64,000 nt of DNA. Origin: a virus. Its lineage: Duplodnaviria > Caudoviricetes. Shown in pieces: positions 1 to 12,030 of this stretch. The DNA lies in the IMG/VR virus record IMGVR_UViG_3300021399_000005, positions 32,001 through 96,000 of that record, one strand, 5' to 3'. The position numbers and the translations under genes are program-made. Numbering within the stretch: the first letter of the stretch is position 1; each line of letters starts with the position of its first letter. The notes beneath the pieces were generated by a model. That model made no database searches. It was not told the DNA's origin and saw only the letters and a program-made list of their open reading frames with translations.

Positions 1-1
1 A

Positions 2-580
2 AATTCTGCTACTTCTGTGGAATGAGATAGTGAGAATAAACGATATATAATAACTTCTCCAGTTGGAACTTCAAGTTGAGGATATGGATTTAAAATAAAA
101 GGTGATGTTGAAGACAATAGAAAAATTATTCCTTGAGGAAAAACAAGTATTTTTACTTTTGAGGTATATTCTCCAATTGCCACTATTGGGGCTACTGACT
201 ATAATAATTATGCAATAGATAATTCTCAAACTGGTGGAAATGATAATGATGGAGCAAGAGGAACTGCTAACTTTGATATTCCTGCTAATATTTGAACTTT
301 ATGCACTTTAAGTTTAACCAATAATAATTCAACAAAAAATCCTAATCAAGTTGCTCTTTATGATTGTTCTACTTTTGGACTTAGAACGAATGGAGTGTCA
401 GAACCTTTGGTATGATATGTACGCAATCCACAATGATATTTGGTAGAAACAGAGAAATTTCAAGTGGAGCAAAATGGTGTTTTTATAACAAACTTTATTA
501 AAGAAGATGATTTAAAAGATTATGTTTCTTTTAGAGATAATGAAAAAGCTGCTTGAGCAAATAATTTTATAGAAAAATAA
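2..580 (+). CDS. Tail-associated protein, 5'-partial; TGA read as Trp
   Basis: Frame 2 open to TAA 578-580 if ~7 TGA are Trp (first at 23-25); ends NFIEK like the 2593-5118 product. Confidence 0.75.
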
Positions 581-597
581 AGGAGGTCGGTGCGAAG

Positions 598-2532
598 ATG
601 GCACAACTTAGGGATTCTATTATAACTGGTGACCTTCGAGTTACCGGCACGATATATGGAAATGTACCACTTAATGATTTAACTGATGCTGATGATTTAA
701 AAGCTATTGAGGGATTATCGGGAACATCTGGCTGATTAAAAAAGACAGCTGCAAATACTTGGGCTTTGGGAACACTTGCTGCTTCTGACATACCAAATAT
801 TGATGTAGGCAAAATAACAAGTGGTACTTTACCAATAGCTAGAGGTGGTACTGGTTTAACTGCTAGCCCAAGTATGTTAACAAACCTAGGAAGTACAACT
901 GCCGAAAATGTATTGCAAGCATCACCTAGACCTGGTATCACTGGGACTCTTGGTGCCGCAAATGGAGGTACGGGGAAGACAACATTAAAAGATTCTGCTA
1001 ATGCATTAATTAACGCATTAGATACTGGAAGTAGTAATTTAACTTCAAATGACTATGTTATCACTCAATATGTTGGCGGTGGAACGGCTACAACAACCTA
1101 TCATCGCAGACCTGCTAGCGCATTAAGGGTAGGTGGATTGCTTACTGCAAGAAAATTAACAATTGGTTCTACTGGGAAAAATTTTGATGGTACTGCTGAT
1201 GTTAGTTGAACACTTGCAGAAATAGGTGCTGCAGCGAGTAATCATAATCATGATTCTACTTATGTTAATGTATCTGGCGACACTATGACAGGAGCGTTAA
1301 ATTTTGCAAATGGTACATATAATAACATCGGTGATGATGTTCAAATTGGAGATGTTAATAAAGCTGGTAGATTAGGTATAAAAGGTCTTAATGGTGCAAC
1401 TGGAATTGAATTTGTTCCATATTCTGGTTCAACATCACAAAGTTTTACAATTGATGGAAATAACATGGCAACATTAACTGGAGATATGACAATTACTGGA
1501 GATCGTATTAGATTTGGGAACGGCACTGCTGCATACTTAATTGCTTCTACTCCAGGTCGCACAGACAACGTTTTACTTGTTGGCGGAGGTAAAAAAGCAG
1601 CTGGAGATGTTAATGGTACTGCAATTAGACTTGGTGCAGGAGGTTTAACTCTTATCGGTGGTGGAGAGTATGCAAATAATAGATATAATGTTGCAGACTT
1701 AAATGACGGAACTGAACAACTGTATCTTGGTTCTGATACAAATGTTTATATAGAAACAAATGCACAAACAATAGAAAGTAGGAAAACGTTTACCTTTGAT
1801 TCAAATGGCATCTTAACCGTTCCAAATGGGGTTTCTTCTCCGGCAATTGAGTTAAGTGGTATGTCAACGTCTGCAAACAGTGGTGGGTATATTGATTTTC
1901 ATTGAAATAACAGTTCAGATGATTTTACGAGTAGAATTATTGAAAACGCTAATCACTCACTTCAATTTAGAACAAATCAAATGCAGCTATATGGAACAGG
2001 TTCTTTTTTAATTGCGAATTCAGCAATTAATGCTTCTCTTGCAAATAATAATGTTTCATCTGTTCAATATCCAGCCTTTTATATTACAGATAACGCTGCA
2101 CGAGTTATAACCAGATTAGAAAGTATTATTTGACCGAATGGAGATATAGGTTCTCAATGATATATACGTAATTATAATACTTCTGGCACTTCTGTTGCGC
2201 AAAAGGGTATTAAAATGGTAATGAATAAGTCAGGCACTTTAACTTGAACTGTTGATGAAGCAGAAAATTTTAGAACTGCAATAGGATCGCCAGAAAAATC
2301 TGTATTGCAATCAAATGCAACCGCAAATAAGTGAAGAAAAGTTACACTTGGCTCTCAATATTTTGACAACATTAATGGTACCGTTACAGAACAAACAGGT
2401 CAACTTTATATAAATTCTCAATTAGAATTTAATACTTCTGCTGGAACTTTAAAAGCAACTGAATATTCGGTAAATGGCAACGCAACTCTCCAATATAATT
2501 CAACTACAGAGTCATTAGATTTTGTTTTCTAG
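598..2532 (+). CDS. Tail fibre protein (644 aa, code 4)
   Basis: AGGAGGT SD; joins track ORFs 766-1209 and 1285-1905 through 7 in-frame TGA; GTLPIARGGTG repeats, GYIDFH motif, C-terminal LQYNSTTESLDFVF. Confidence 0.85.
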
Positions 2533-2569
2533 GAAAGATTTGTTCTTTCCTAGAAATTTATGTTATAAT
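2526..2569 (+). promoter_or_regulatory. 13-bp inverted repeat followed by extended -10 (TGTTATAAT)
   Basis: TTTCTAGGAAAGA 2526-2538 / TCTTTCCTAGAAA 2544-2556; TGTTATAAT 2561-2569. Confidence 0.45.
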
Positions 2570-2592
2570 TTAAGAAAAGGAGGGTTGCTATT

Positions 2593-5118
2593 ATGGCATT
2601 AAAAGTTTGATTGCCTTTAAATGGCAATCTTAAAAATATTGGAACGGATGGTGGAGAGTTAACAACTTCACAGACAAATATATGAAATGATAATGGGAAA
2701 ATAGGAAAATGTCTTTTAGGTAATGCACAGGCTTCTGCTACTTTTCCTAGCTTAATAAATACTACAAATTTTTCAATTGCTTATTGACTTTACATTGATT
2801 CTTCTTTAGCAATTCAAAATTGATACGATATTTGAAATGTTTTTTGCACGATTGGAAGTACAAGTGCAAATATTAGAGATGAATTTAAAAATGCTGCAGG
2901 AGTGCATCAAGTGTTGATTGGAAAAGACACTACTGTAGGAGGTAATACTAATAATTATTATGGTCTAGGAGTGAGTGATTCCAATGCAAAAGATAAGTGA
3001 GTACATATCACAATAGTAAAAAGTAATTCAGATGTAAAAACATTTATAGATGGAGTTTTATCTAATACAATAATAAACTCAAATTTTGAAAATTCTCCTC
3101 AAAAATTAACAGGGAAAATTACACTTGGAAATATGACCACTAGTACAGCTGCAAGAATAAATGATTTTCGTGTTTATGACCATTGTTTGTCTAAATTAGA
3201 AGTTAAAGAGGTTGCGCAAGGGTTAATTTTGCATTACAGATTAGATGGCTTTAATAGTGGAGTTGGAGAAAATCTTCTTCTTGGTAGTAGAATGGACTAT
3301 ACTCCTATTAGCACTGGTACTAATTATACTGCAGATCCAATAAGATATTATAATACAAGTAGTTCTAATTGTATTGTTGGAAATGGACAGGCGACTATTT
3401 TGCTCAATAGTACTAGTAATTTAGGAATTGCTTTTGAGAGATTAGCAGAAGAAATAGATTTAGATACTTCCTCTTATTATACGTTGTCTTGTGAAGCAAA
3501 ATGCACTCAAGAAAATGCTTATTTAGCAACTGGACTTAGTTATTATAAAACTACAGATGCTGCAGTCTGGAGAGGTGGCACAAACAAAAAAGCTTTTACC
3601 TCTATAACAGATTGACAAAAGTTTTCTTTAACTTTTAAACCAGATGCAGATACAAAAGCTATTTGTTATTGTTTTACTGTTAATGGGCTGTCTAATGGAA
3701 CAGAACATTTTTATCTCAGACATTGTAAACTAGAGAAGGGGTCTGTTGCAACTAAATGAACTCCTTCTATTGAAGAATTTGGCAAAGATGAAATTAAAAT
3801 TGTTGATTCTTCTGGCTATGATAATAATGGTTTTTTAGTAGATGGAACCAATGAAATTATAGAAGTTGATAATGGCAGATACCAAGTGTGTACTAATTTA
3901 CTAGGTACAACCGTAGATTTAACTAGTAATACCATTACTGGGGCACAATATTTATATGCTCCATTTAAAATGCCAGCTTGAACTGCAATAACAGTAGCAT
4001 GATGAGGAAATAATATTTCTTATGGTAGAGGCGGAATTTTTGAAACTACAGGAACTACTGGTAATATATGAGAAGGTAGTGATTATAACACAACGGCAAT
4101 AGCAAATTGAGATTCAAATTTTGGAATTTATAATGGTTCAGCAAGAATTAATATTTTTAATAATTTTGTAAAAGATTCGACTTGACATCACCATGCAATT
4201 ACTTTTGATGGAACAAATGTAAAGTATTATTGTGATAGTATATTAAAACAAACCTCTGCTTTAACTGGAACTTTACCTGCAATTACAGGATTTAAAATGG
4301 GTTTAGGTAGAGCTGGAGGAGTTTATCGACAAATTAAGCAAAAACTTAACGATCTTCGTATCTATACTACGGCACTCTCTGCAGACGACATTTTTGCTCT
4401 TTACAAGACCTCTGCGCAAATCGACAAATCAAAAGCTTTCCATACTTTTGCAATATCAGAAAATAGCGATAAGGCAATTAGAAAAAATGGAATTACAGAA
4501 ATTCAAAATATATCTGAGTTTGATGCTCTTTCTTATTTAAAATATGACCCAAATCTTCATATAGAGCCAGATGGTAGCGTATGAGTTCATATATATCATC
4601 ATAATCATCCAGATTTAGGCTCTTTTGCAAGCACAGACACTTTCGCTGCTTCAGTTAAAAAAGATGAAAATAGATGGTTTAATGGAACTCAAGTCTGTAA
4701 TCAATTAAATAAATGAGAGTTTTTAATTAAATATGCCTTTACAGAAGGTGGAATAGAATATAAAGAGCGTTGGATTCAAACTAAAAATCCAGAAAATGCG
4801 GTTTTTGGTGATGTAGATGCCGCAGACATTACACGAATTACTGGAGATGGGTATAAAACTGGTACGTGAGGTGGATTATATAAGAAGAATTCTAATGCCT
4901 ATTGGATAATGAATGATGGTAGTAGTGGTCACTGATATGGTGCTACTGGAAGTTTTTCAATTTATCAAGGTGGCATTCCTGGATATGGAGGAACTGTCAC
5001 AACAACAGGATATAATGATTTATACGTAAGAATTGACAATGTTTTATCTGTTGTGTCTACAAATGGTAGAATTACAAAAAATGGAATTTTAATAGGTTCT
5101 AATTTTATAGAAAAATAG
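2593..5118 (+). CDS. LamG/ConA-like lectin-domain tail protein (841 aa, code 4)
   Basis: Single frame to TAG 5116-5118; TGA at Trp of K*VHIT, DST*HHHAITFDG, KLEKGSVATK*TPS; tandem TGA-TGA at 4000-4005. Confidence 0.85.
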
Positions 5119-5131
5119 GAGGTGTTGACTT

Positions 5132-6610
5132 ATCGCAGTTTTAAAAGACACTTTAGTTGCAGGTGATTTATCTGTAACTGGTAATATATATGGAAAACGA
5201 TCTAATCTTGATAATAATTTAAATTATTTTACTTGCGCAACGGCGGCTGGGACGGCTGCCAAAGTAGCAATCGCAGAAAACCCCAATTTGAATAGTCTTG
5301 CTCTTATCGCTGGAACAACTATTTTTGTAAAATTTACCAATAATAATACAGTAGCTAATCCAACTTTAACTTTACATAAATCAGATGGCACCACTGTTTT
5401 AGCTTCTGCAGAAAAAATTATGCGCTATGGAACTACTACAGCTTCAACTAGTTCAGCAACCTCTTGAAGACCTGGTGCGGTAGTAGGACTTACTTATGAT
5501 GGAACTAATTGAATAGAAGTTACTGCTGTTGATGACAATTCTAATACCTATGATCGAGAGTATGCTGGTGGATATCCTTTTTTAGCAGGAACTGGAGGTC
5601 TTCAAAATTATTGTCTTTGTATGATAAATAAAGACCAAAAATTGTCTGCGTTTACTACTACAGCAGGAACTGGAACAAGTAAAACCAAAAATACGGTAGG
5701 TTTTTTACCTTCTCCTCAAATTTTTTATTATAGTGCAAATGGAACTTTAGCTGCCAATGCACGAGTTGGGAATAACACAGTTTACACCTCTTTTCCTTTT
5801 GATTCAAGATATTCTTTAAATGCAACTGTTGGTTATAATAACCCTTTGTATATTGTTTTTACCCAGGGAACAGATGGTTATTTGTATTTAGATAGCCCTT
5901 GATATGCAACCGCCTTGCCTACATCTGATAATGGAAAAATTTATTGTCTTGCTGGATATTGCTATAGCAGTAATAATTATTCTGTAGACCTCTTTCATTA
6001 TAACCCAATGTTTATTTATAAAAATGGGGCAATTAGATTATATTCTGGATATGCAGAAACAGCTCATAAGGCAAGTTCTCCAGAATCTACAGACGCGGTA
6101 TTAAGAAATATTGGGTATGGATCTTCTTCTCCTTCTGGAGGAGTAAATGGAGACGTTTATTTTCAAATTGGAGATGAAAGCTTAAAAACAACTTTATTAA
6201 ATCTTTTTTATCCAGTAGGAAGTATATATATGAATTATAGCAATTCAGCAAATCCTGGAACTTATTTAGGAGGAACTTGAGTTGCAATTAATAATGTATT
6301 TTTGTTAGCAGCAGGTGATAGTTATGCTGGAGGAAGCGAAGGTGGTTCTACAACACACACTCATGGACATGGTAATTACAAAGCTGCAATTGGTGCAACT
6401 GGATCCGATAGCAGCGCAATTGGATATGTAGCAAGTGATATAAGTTCAGATTCAGACGCACCAACAGCCACAAGTGCATATACAATTCGTGGTACAGTAA
6501 CATCAGGAACGCGAAGTTTTAACCATTATACACCAGTTTATGGAACAAGTAGTTCTGGAGGAGCATTACCTCCATATCGAGCAGTTTATGTTTGAAGAAG
6601 AACGGCTTAA
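5132..6610 (+). CDS. Tail fibre/baseplate protein with Gp10-like C-terminus (492 aa, code 4); ATC start
   Basis: AGGAGGTG SD 7 nt before ATC; N-terminus paralogous to 598-2532; TAAGTAAKVA; YPVGSIY..GGT*..LPPYRAVYV*RRTA. Confidence 0.8.
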
Positions 6611-6618
6611 AAAATTTT

Positions 6619-6666
6619 TGGACAATTTTAGTTCAAGAAATTGATGGAAGTTCTAAATATATATGA
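6619..6666 (+). promoter_or_regulatory. Candidate late promoter TGGACAA-N28-TAAATA-N3-ATGA
   Basis: Same motif and spacing recur at 23791-23838 (-). Confidence 0.55.
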
Positions 6667-6716
6667 GGTTGAGTAGATCAACCTGGTTTGCTAAAAAGAA
6701 AGAAAGAGGGAATAAT

Positions 6717-7064
6717 ATGTATAATAATCCATATCAACCTTATATTAACTCTTTTATGCCTCAAAGACAAGAGGTTGTAAGAGTTAATGGTCGAAATGGT
6801 GCTAATGCTTATCAAATGGCTCCAAATAGTAGTATTTTACTTTTGGACGAAACTGCACCAGTTATTTGACTAAAAACAACTGATGGAGCTTCATATCCTA
6901 CCATAACGGGATATACTATTACCCCATTGGAAGAAGAATTATCAAAAGACAATACTTATGCTGAATTAGAAAATAGAATTGCTAAATTAGAAGAGGTAGT
7001 GAAGAACAATGAAAAATCCAATGTTAAATCAGTTAACAAAACCGTCATTAAACAACAACAATAG
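6717..7064 (+). CDS. Hypothetical protein (115 aa, 1 TGA), first gene of five-gene cassette
   Basis: Tyr/Pro/Gln-rich N-terminus; reads through TGA 6867-6869 to TAG 7062-7064. Confidence 0.75.
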
Positions 7065-7227
7065 TAATAATGAGGTATTTCAAAATCTTTTAGCAAAAAA
7101 TCCACAAATAAATATGCTTATAAATCAATATGGGAATGGAGACCCAAAAACTGCTTTTTATGAGTATGCTAGAATGACAGGAAGAGATCCCGACTTAATT
7201 TTAAATATGATTAAAAAAATGTTGTAG
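7009..7227 (+). CDS. Small Asn/Gln/Met-rich hypothetical protein
   Basis: GAGG SD; 72-aa ORF overlapping previous gene. Confidence 0.7.
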   Translation: MKNPMLNQLTKPSLNNNNSNNEVFQNLLAKNPQINMLINQYGNGDPKTAFYEYARMTGRDPDLILNMIKKML

Positions 7228-7274
7228 GATAAAAGATCTTTTTAGCAAACGAATAAAAAGGAGGAGTTTAAAAG

Positions 7275-7913
7275 ATGGAAAACGGAAGTTTAAGCGCGAG
7301 CGATGTTGCTCTGTTAAACGGTAGAGACAGTCTTGACATGTTTGGTGGAAATTCTATGATGTGAATTTTTGCCCTATTAATTTTAGCCGGAGGAGGCTTT
7401 AATGGCTTTGGTGGATACGGTCAGCAATATGCGACCTCAGCTGAAGTTCAAAGAGGATTTGATACTCAGAATTTACAGACACAGACGTCAGGTATTTTAA
7501 GTGCTGTTAATGCAGGAACCGCACAGGCAGTAGCAACAACTAATCAGACATTCCATGATACTCTTAGTGCATTGAGTGATAAATATTCAGAGCTTCAGAG
7601 AGATATTGGAGGTTTAGCTGTTGGTCAAGCTGGACTGTTAGCCAAAGAAAACGAGTGCTGCTGCAATACTTTAAGAGCTATTGATGGTGTAAACTATAAT
7701 AATGCTATAAATACAGCCGCCATTAATGCTAACACAACAGAACAGACACAAAAAATCTTAGATGCTATTACTGGAAATAGAATGGCAGATATGCAAAATC
7801 AAATTAATCAGCTTCAAATGCAGCAAGCCATGGCGGGGGTAGTTCGCTATCCAAACGCTAGTACCTATTATGCTGGAACAAATCCGTTCTGTTCTTGTGG
7901 AAACAACCTTTAA
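7275..7913 (+). CDS. Gly-rich hydrophobic segment plus coiled-coil protein with CCC motif (212 aa, 1 TGA)
   Basis: GGAGGAG SD; MM*IFALLILAGGGF (TGA 7362-7364) joins track ORF 7572-7913. Confidence 0.8.
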
Positions 7914-7926
7914 TTGGTTAAACTAA

Positions 7927-7958
7927 GGGGAATGGATTTATTCCATTCCCCTTTTTTA
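7927..7958 (+). terminator. Intrinsic terminator
   Basis: GGGGAATGGA/TCCATTCCCC stem followed by T-run. Confidence 0.75.
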
Positions 7959-8002
7959 AATTTTTAATAAAGAAGGATATAGGTAAGGGAGGTTTATTAA
8001 AA

Positions 8003-8401
8003 ATGCTTGAAGTTTATTCTAAAAATTTAACAACAACAACGGGAGAATCAATTTCTCTTAATAATATTGCATTATTAAAAGGAACAAGTGCGCAAATTAT
8101 AGGATCAAATACAATTCAATTAAATAAATGTGGAATTTACGAAATTACAGTAACAGACAATGTGGTTGGTAGTGGAACAGGAGAAATTATAGTACAGATG
8201 CAAAAAAATGGTGTTCTTCAGCCACAAGCTATTATGTCAACTGCAGCAACAGGACAAACAAATATGTCTTTTTCAACTTTGGTTCAAGTTCCACAAAATA
8301 ATAATATCAACTGTCCTTGCTCAATTCCTACCACAATTAATTTTGTAAATACTGGAATTGAAGCAACCCACTCAATTGATGTTATTGTAAAAAGGATTTA
8401 A
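8003..8401 (+). CDS. All-beta protein, possibly BclA-C/C1q-like fold
   Basis: SD GGAGG; GIYEIT motif and alternating beta pattern; fold is inference. Confidence 0.6.
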   Translation: MLEVYSKNLTTTTGESISLNNIALLKGTSAQIIGSNTIQLNKCGIYEITVTDNVVGSGTGEIIVQMQKNGVLQPQAIMSTAATGQTNMSFSTLVQVPQNNNINCPCSIPTTINFVNTGIEATHSIDVIVKRI

Positions 8402-8403
8402 TT

Positions 8404-8931
8404 ATGGTTGTTGAAGAAATTTTTTCTGAAATTTCTGCGCACATGATAAAGGGCTTAATGGTTCATGACCAAATGGCAAGATATTATTGTTTTTTAAATT
8501 TAAAGAGTTATGAAGAATGTCATAAAAACCATTATTTATGTGAAAGTAAAAATTATTCAGATTTAAACTGTTATTTTTGTTCTCATCATGAAAAATTGAT
8601 AAAAGAAAAGCCAGTTTCAGACCCAAAAATAATTCCTACTGCATGATATTCTTATCAGAAACGAGATGTAGATGCAACAACAAAAAGAAATGCAGTGAAG
8701 ACTGGTCTTGAAAAATGAATAGAATGAGAGCAAGAAACTTTAGACTTATATTCTAAAATGTATAAAGAGTTGCTTGAAATTGGAGAGGTTCTTGATGCTG
8801 CATATATTTTAAAATTAATAAAAGAAGTAGATAAAGAACTAGTAAATGCAACGTCTTTTTACTTAGATAAAAAATCATGCGATTTTAATATTAATAATAT
8901 TATTAACGAACAAAAAGGAGAGCTATTTTAA
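8404..8931 (+). CDS. Ferritin-like helical protein (175 aa, 3 TGA)
   Basis: Reads through TGA to TAA 8929-8931; His/Glu-rich helices (HDQM, *IE*EQET, EVDKEL). Confidence 0.6.
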
Positions 8932-8965
8932 AGCCCTCCTTTTTTAATTTAATAGGAGGGCTAAT

Positions 8966-9829
8966 ATGAGTGAAAATAAATTAAAAATAAAAACGCTTCC
9001 TTCAGAAACAGACCCAAATATCATAGTACCTGTTGTCTCTCCAAAAGCCGTACAGGGAACTTTTCCAAAAATATTAGAAAAAGACACAACAAATGCAAAT
9101 CTTGATGAATTTTTAACTGATTTAAAAAGTTACCTTGAAGGTTTGGGTACAACTATCTCAAATGTGATAGACTTAGAATTTAATAAAAGGTTTCCAGCTA
9201 GTGAAGAAACTGGAATTTCTTGAGAACAAACTTTACAAAATCAATGTAATGATTTGAAAACAAGAGTTGGGCAAATTGAAGATACAATGTTACCAGTAGG
9301 AATGATAATAAAATCTTATGATTTTGAACATTACCCAGATGGTTCAACTATTGAGTGAGTGAATGATGAATTTAATCTTAGTGACACTCCTTCTGGTTGA
9401 GAATTGGTGGAAACACAAGAAGTTTTAACTTGTTTTAAAACAATAGTAAGAACAACTAGTTATCAGACTGACGCTGAGAATATTTGTACCATTGAAGAAA
9501 TGTGAAATTTTTTTAAAGAAAAATATTCTGATTTTGAGGCTCCTACCTTTGGAGATGTTGATTCTTATAAAATTATTGACGGAAAGGTTAAAAAAATTCA
9601 AGAAGATATTCAAAGTCGTCTTTTTGGAACCGTTGTTAATGGAGATGCAAATCCTAAATCTACTGGTCGTCAACACCATATGGAAAGTTTGCATTATTTA
9701 CCTCAAGGCGATTCTCATTTGGTATATGTTGTTTGACAAATGTATAATGATGGAAAAATATCTCCAATGCGTTTTAATGTAACTTTTAATACACTAAGAC
9801 CATGTTTTGTTTGAAGGAAGGTGGGTTAA
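8966..9829 (+). CDS. Structural protein, baseplate/tail-like (287 aa, code 4)
   Basis: AGGAGG SD; LPVGMI and terminal CFV*RKVG resemble Gp10-like C-terminus. Confidence 0.7.
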
Positions 9830-9832
9830 AAA

Positions 9833-10687
9833 ATGGCAGAAGAAAATATTAATGCAAGATTAAAGGTTTTGCAACCTGATGATAATTCTGCTTATGTTAA
9901 TCCAGTAACAAAAGCAGAGGCGGTAAATTACAATAATACTACAGTAAAAGCTTTTTTAGATAGTTTAAACGAAAGAATTTCTAGAATAGAAGGAAATGCT
10001 GATGCGCAAATTACTATAACTAATATTGATAACTGTATTGTTCCTGGTAAGGTGTATAATTATACTGGAACTCAGAATACGCCAAGCACAACAAAAAATA
10101 AATGAATTATTTGGGCCTATCCAGGAAATAACATGATTGTTCAATATGCTAGTGATGGGCAATCAACTTATGTTAGAACTGGAACAAAAACATCTGGTTC
10201 AACTTATAATTTTTCTTCTTGAGTAAAAATGTTCTCTTTAAATGAAGCTTATCCTGTTGGAGCTATTTATATTGGTTTACAAGATATAAATCCATCAACT
10301 TTAATGGGCGGCTCTTGAGAAAAAATTGAAGATGAATATTTTTTACGTGCGGCAAGCGCTAATGTAGGCACCACAGGCGGCCAAAATAGTTTTATGTTAC
10401 AAAAAAATCAACTGCCTCCTCATAAACATTTATTTCATTCACAAGATTATAGTATGACTTGAGGTAGGGGTGATATGAATGTTTGACTTAATACTCTTGC
10501 TTATAGTGGAATTCAGCAAGCGGGTAATTTTTTGGGAACATATCAAGGAAAAAGAAATGATGGGTTAGGTTCAAGAGCAACTAGTGACAAATTAGTAGAA
10601 ACTAGTGAATTTGATGAAATTGTTCAACAAAATATCAATAATCAACCAGCCTATATAAATGTTTATATGTGAAAGAGGGTGGCATAA
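9833..10687 (+). CDS. Baseplate/tail protein with Gp10-like C-terminus (284 aa, code 4)
   Basis: AYPVGAIY..NPSTLMGGS*EKI..NNQPAYINVYM*KRVA. Confidence 0.8.
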
Positions 10688-11514
10688 TGTCGATTTTAAA
10701 AATGAAATTTTTACAAGGCAAATCTGGAGATCAATATAACTACCCCGTAACAAAATCAGATGGAGTTTTTTTTGACGACCAAGGGAACAAAACATTAAAA
10801 AGTTTTATTGATAGCGACTTAAAAACTTTATCATGATTACCTTCAAAAAGCATAGAGAATAAGCATTTAAAAAACGCAAGTGTAACAAGAGATAACATTG
10901 GGACAGGTGCAATATCAACAACTAAAATAGCAGATGAAGCTGTTACAAATCAAAAAATAAAAAAATATGAAGCAAATAAACCTGGTTCTGGAATTCAAAC
11001 AGATAGAATAGCAGATGGAGCTATTACAGATGCAAAAATTCTTGCTTTTAATGGCGACGTTGGAGGCATTTCTGGAGATAAAATTAAAGATGGCGCAATT
11101 ACTTTAGAAAAAGCTGCTTTTGGGCAAATAGAGTTAATTTATTCTGGAGTTCCAGTAGGAACAAGTGGTAAAGCGAATGTAACTGGATTAGATAAGTATA
11201 GATGTTTAATTTTGGGCGTTACAAATGGAGGGCCTTCCACTGTTGGAAGCGATGGAAATCAAAATGGAGGAAGTATGTTGGCAACAATAATGATTCCTTT
11301 AATTAAAGAATCAGAAGGCACTTTTGCTTATAGGCCTTTTACTAATGTTCATCAAGCCTTTTTTCCAGATATAAAAGAAGATGGAACAGGAAGTTATAAT
11401 ACTTATTCTGCTTGGTTTCAATTTGACTCTAATTCAACCTCATCTGGGAAAGTTTGATTGGCAGAAAGAGCAGGTGCTTCATACAGTGGCTTAGTTTTAT
11501 TCGGTATAAAATAA
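10687..11514 (+). CDS. Tail protein with KIADGAIT-type repeats (275 aa, 2 TGA)
   Basis: TAATG overlap with previous gene; repeats KIADEAVT, RIADGAIT, KIKDGAIT. Confidence 0.75.
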
Positions 11515-11534
11515 ATAAAAAGGAGGAATTTTTT

Positions 11535-11783
11535 ATGAAAATTAATTGGAAATTACGTTATTTAAACAAAACTACTTTAGTTGCTTTAGTAACAACAACA
11601 GTAGCTTTTATTTATCAGCTTTTAGGTATTTTTGGAGTTGTATCTCCTATTAGTCAAGATACAGTTACAACTTTAATGATGACTATTATTAATATTCTGG
11701 CAGTTTTAGGTATTGTGATTGATCCAACCACGAAAGGTATTAATGATAGTGTCAGAGCGCAAGGATATAAAGAACTTGGATAA
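11535..11783 (+). CDS. Holin, phiLC3 family
   Basis: MKINWKLR.LNK start, two TM segments, GIVIDPTTKGINDS; Trp is TGG. Confidence 0.9.
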   Translation: MKINWKLRYLNKTTLVALVTTTVAFIYQLLGIFGVVSPISQDTVTTLMMTIINILAVLGIVIDPTTKGINDSVRAQGYKELG

Positions 11784-12030
11784 TTTTGAAGAATACTTAG
11801 AAAGTATAGATAATTTAGAAAAATGCTCATTTTTTCGTCTGCCTCCTAAAATTACTGTTGGGCAGACGAAAAAATTATTCAATAAATACCTAACGCTTCT
11901 TGATGAAAATAGTTTTTTGGTTAGAGAAACAAAAAATCAATTAAAAATTTTAAGTTATTATCCAGACCATTGACTTGCAGCAGAAGCGTTTCAAGTGGAG
12001 GGATTAGTATGCAACCATACGAAAAGTTAA
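11776..12030 (+). CDS. Hypothetical protein (TTG start, 1 TGA)
   Basis: Fills gap between holin and hydrolase; start and read-through uncertain. Confidence 0.45.

Noticed and set aside
5132-10687. Diversity-generating retroelement acting on repeated Gp10-like C-termini
   Set aside because: Similarity is at protein level only; no TR/VR pair or reverse transcriptase seen
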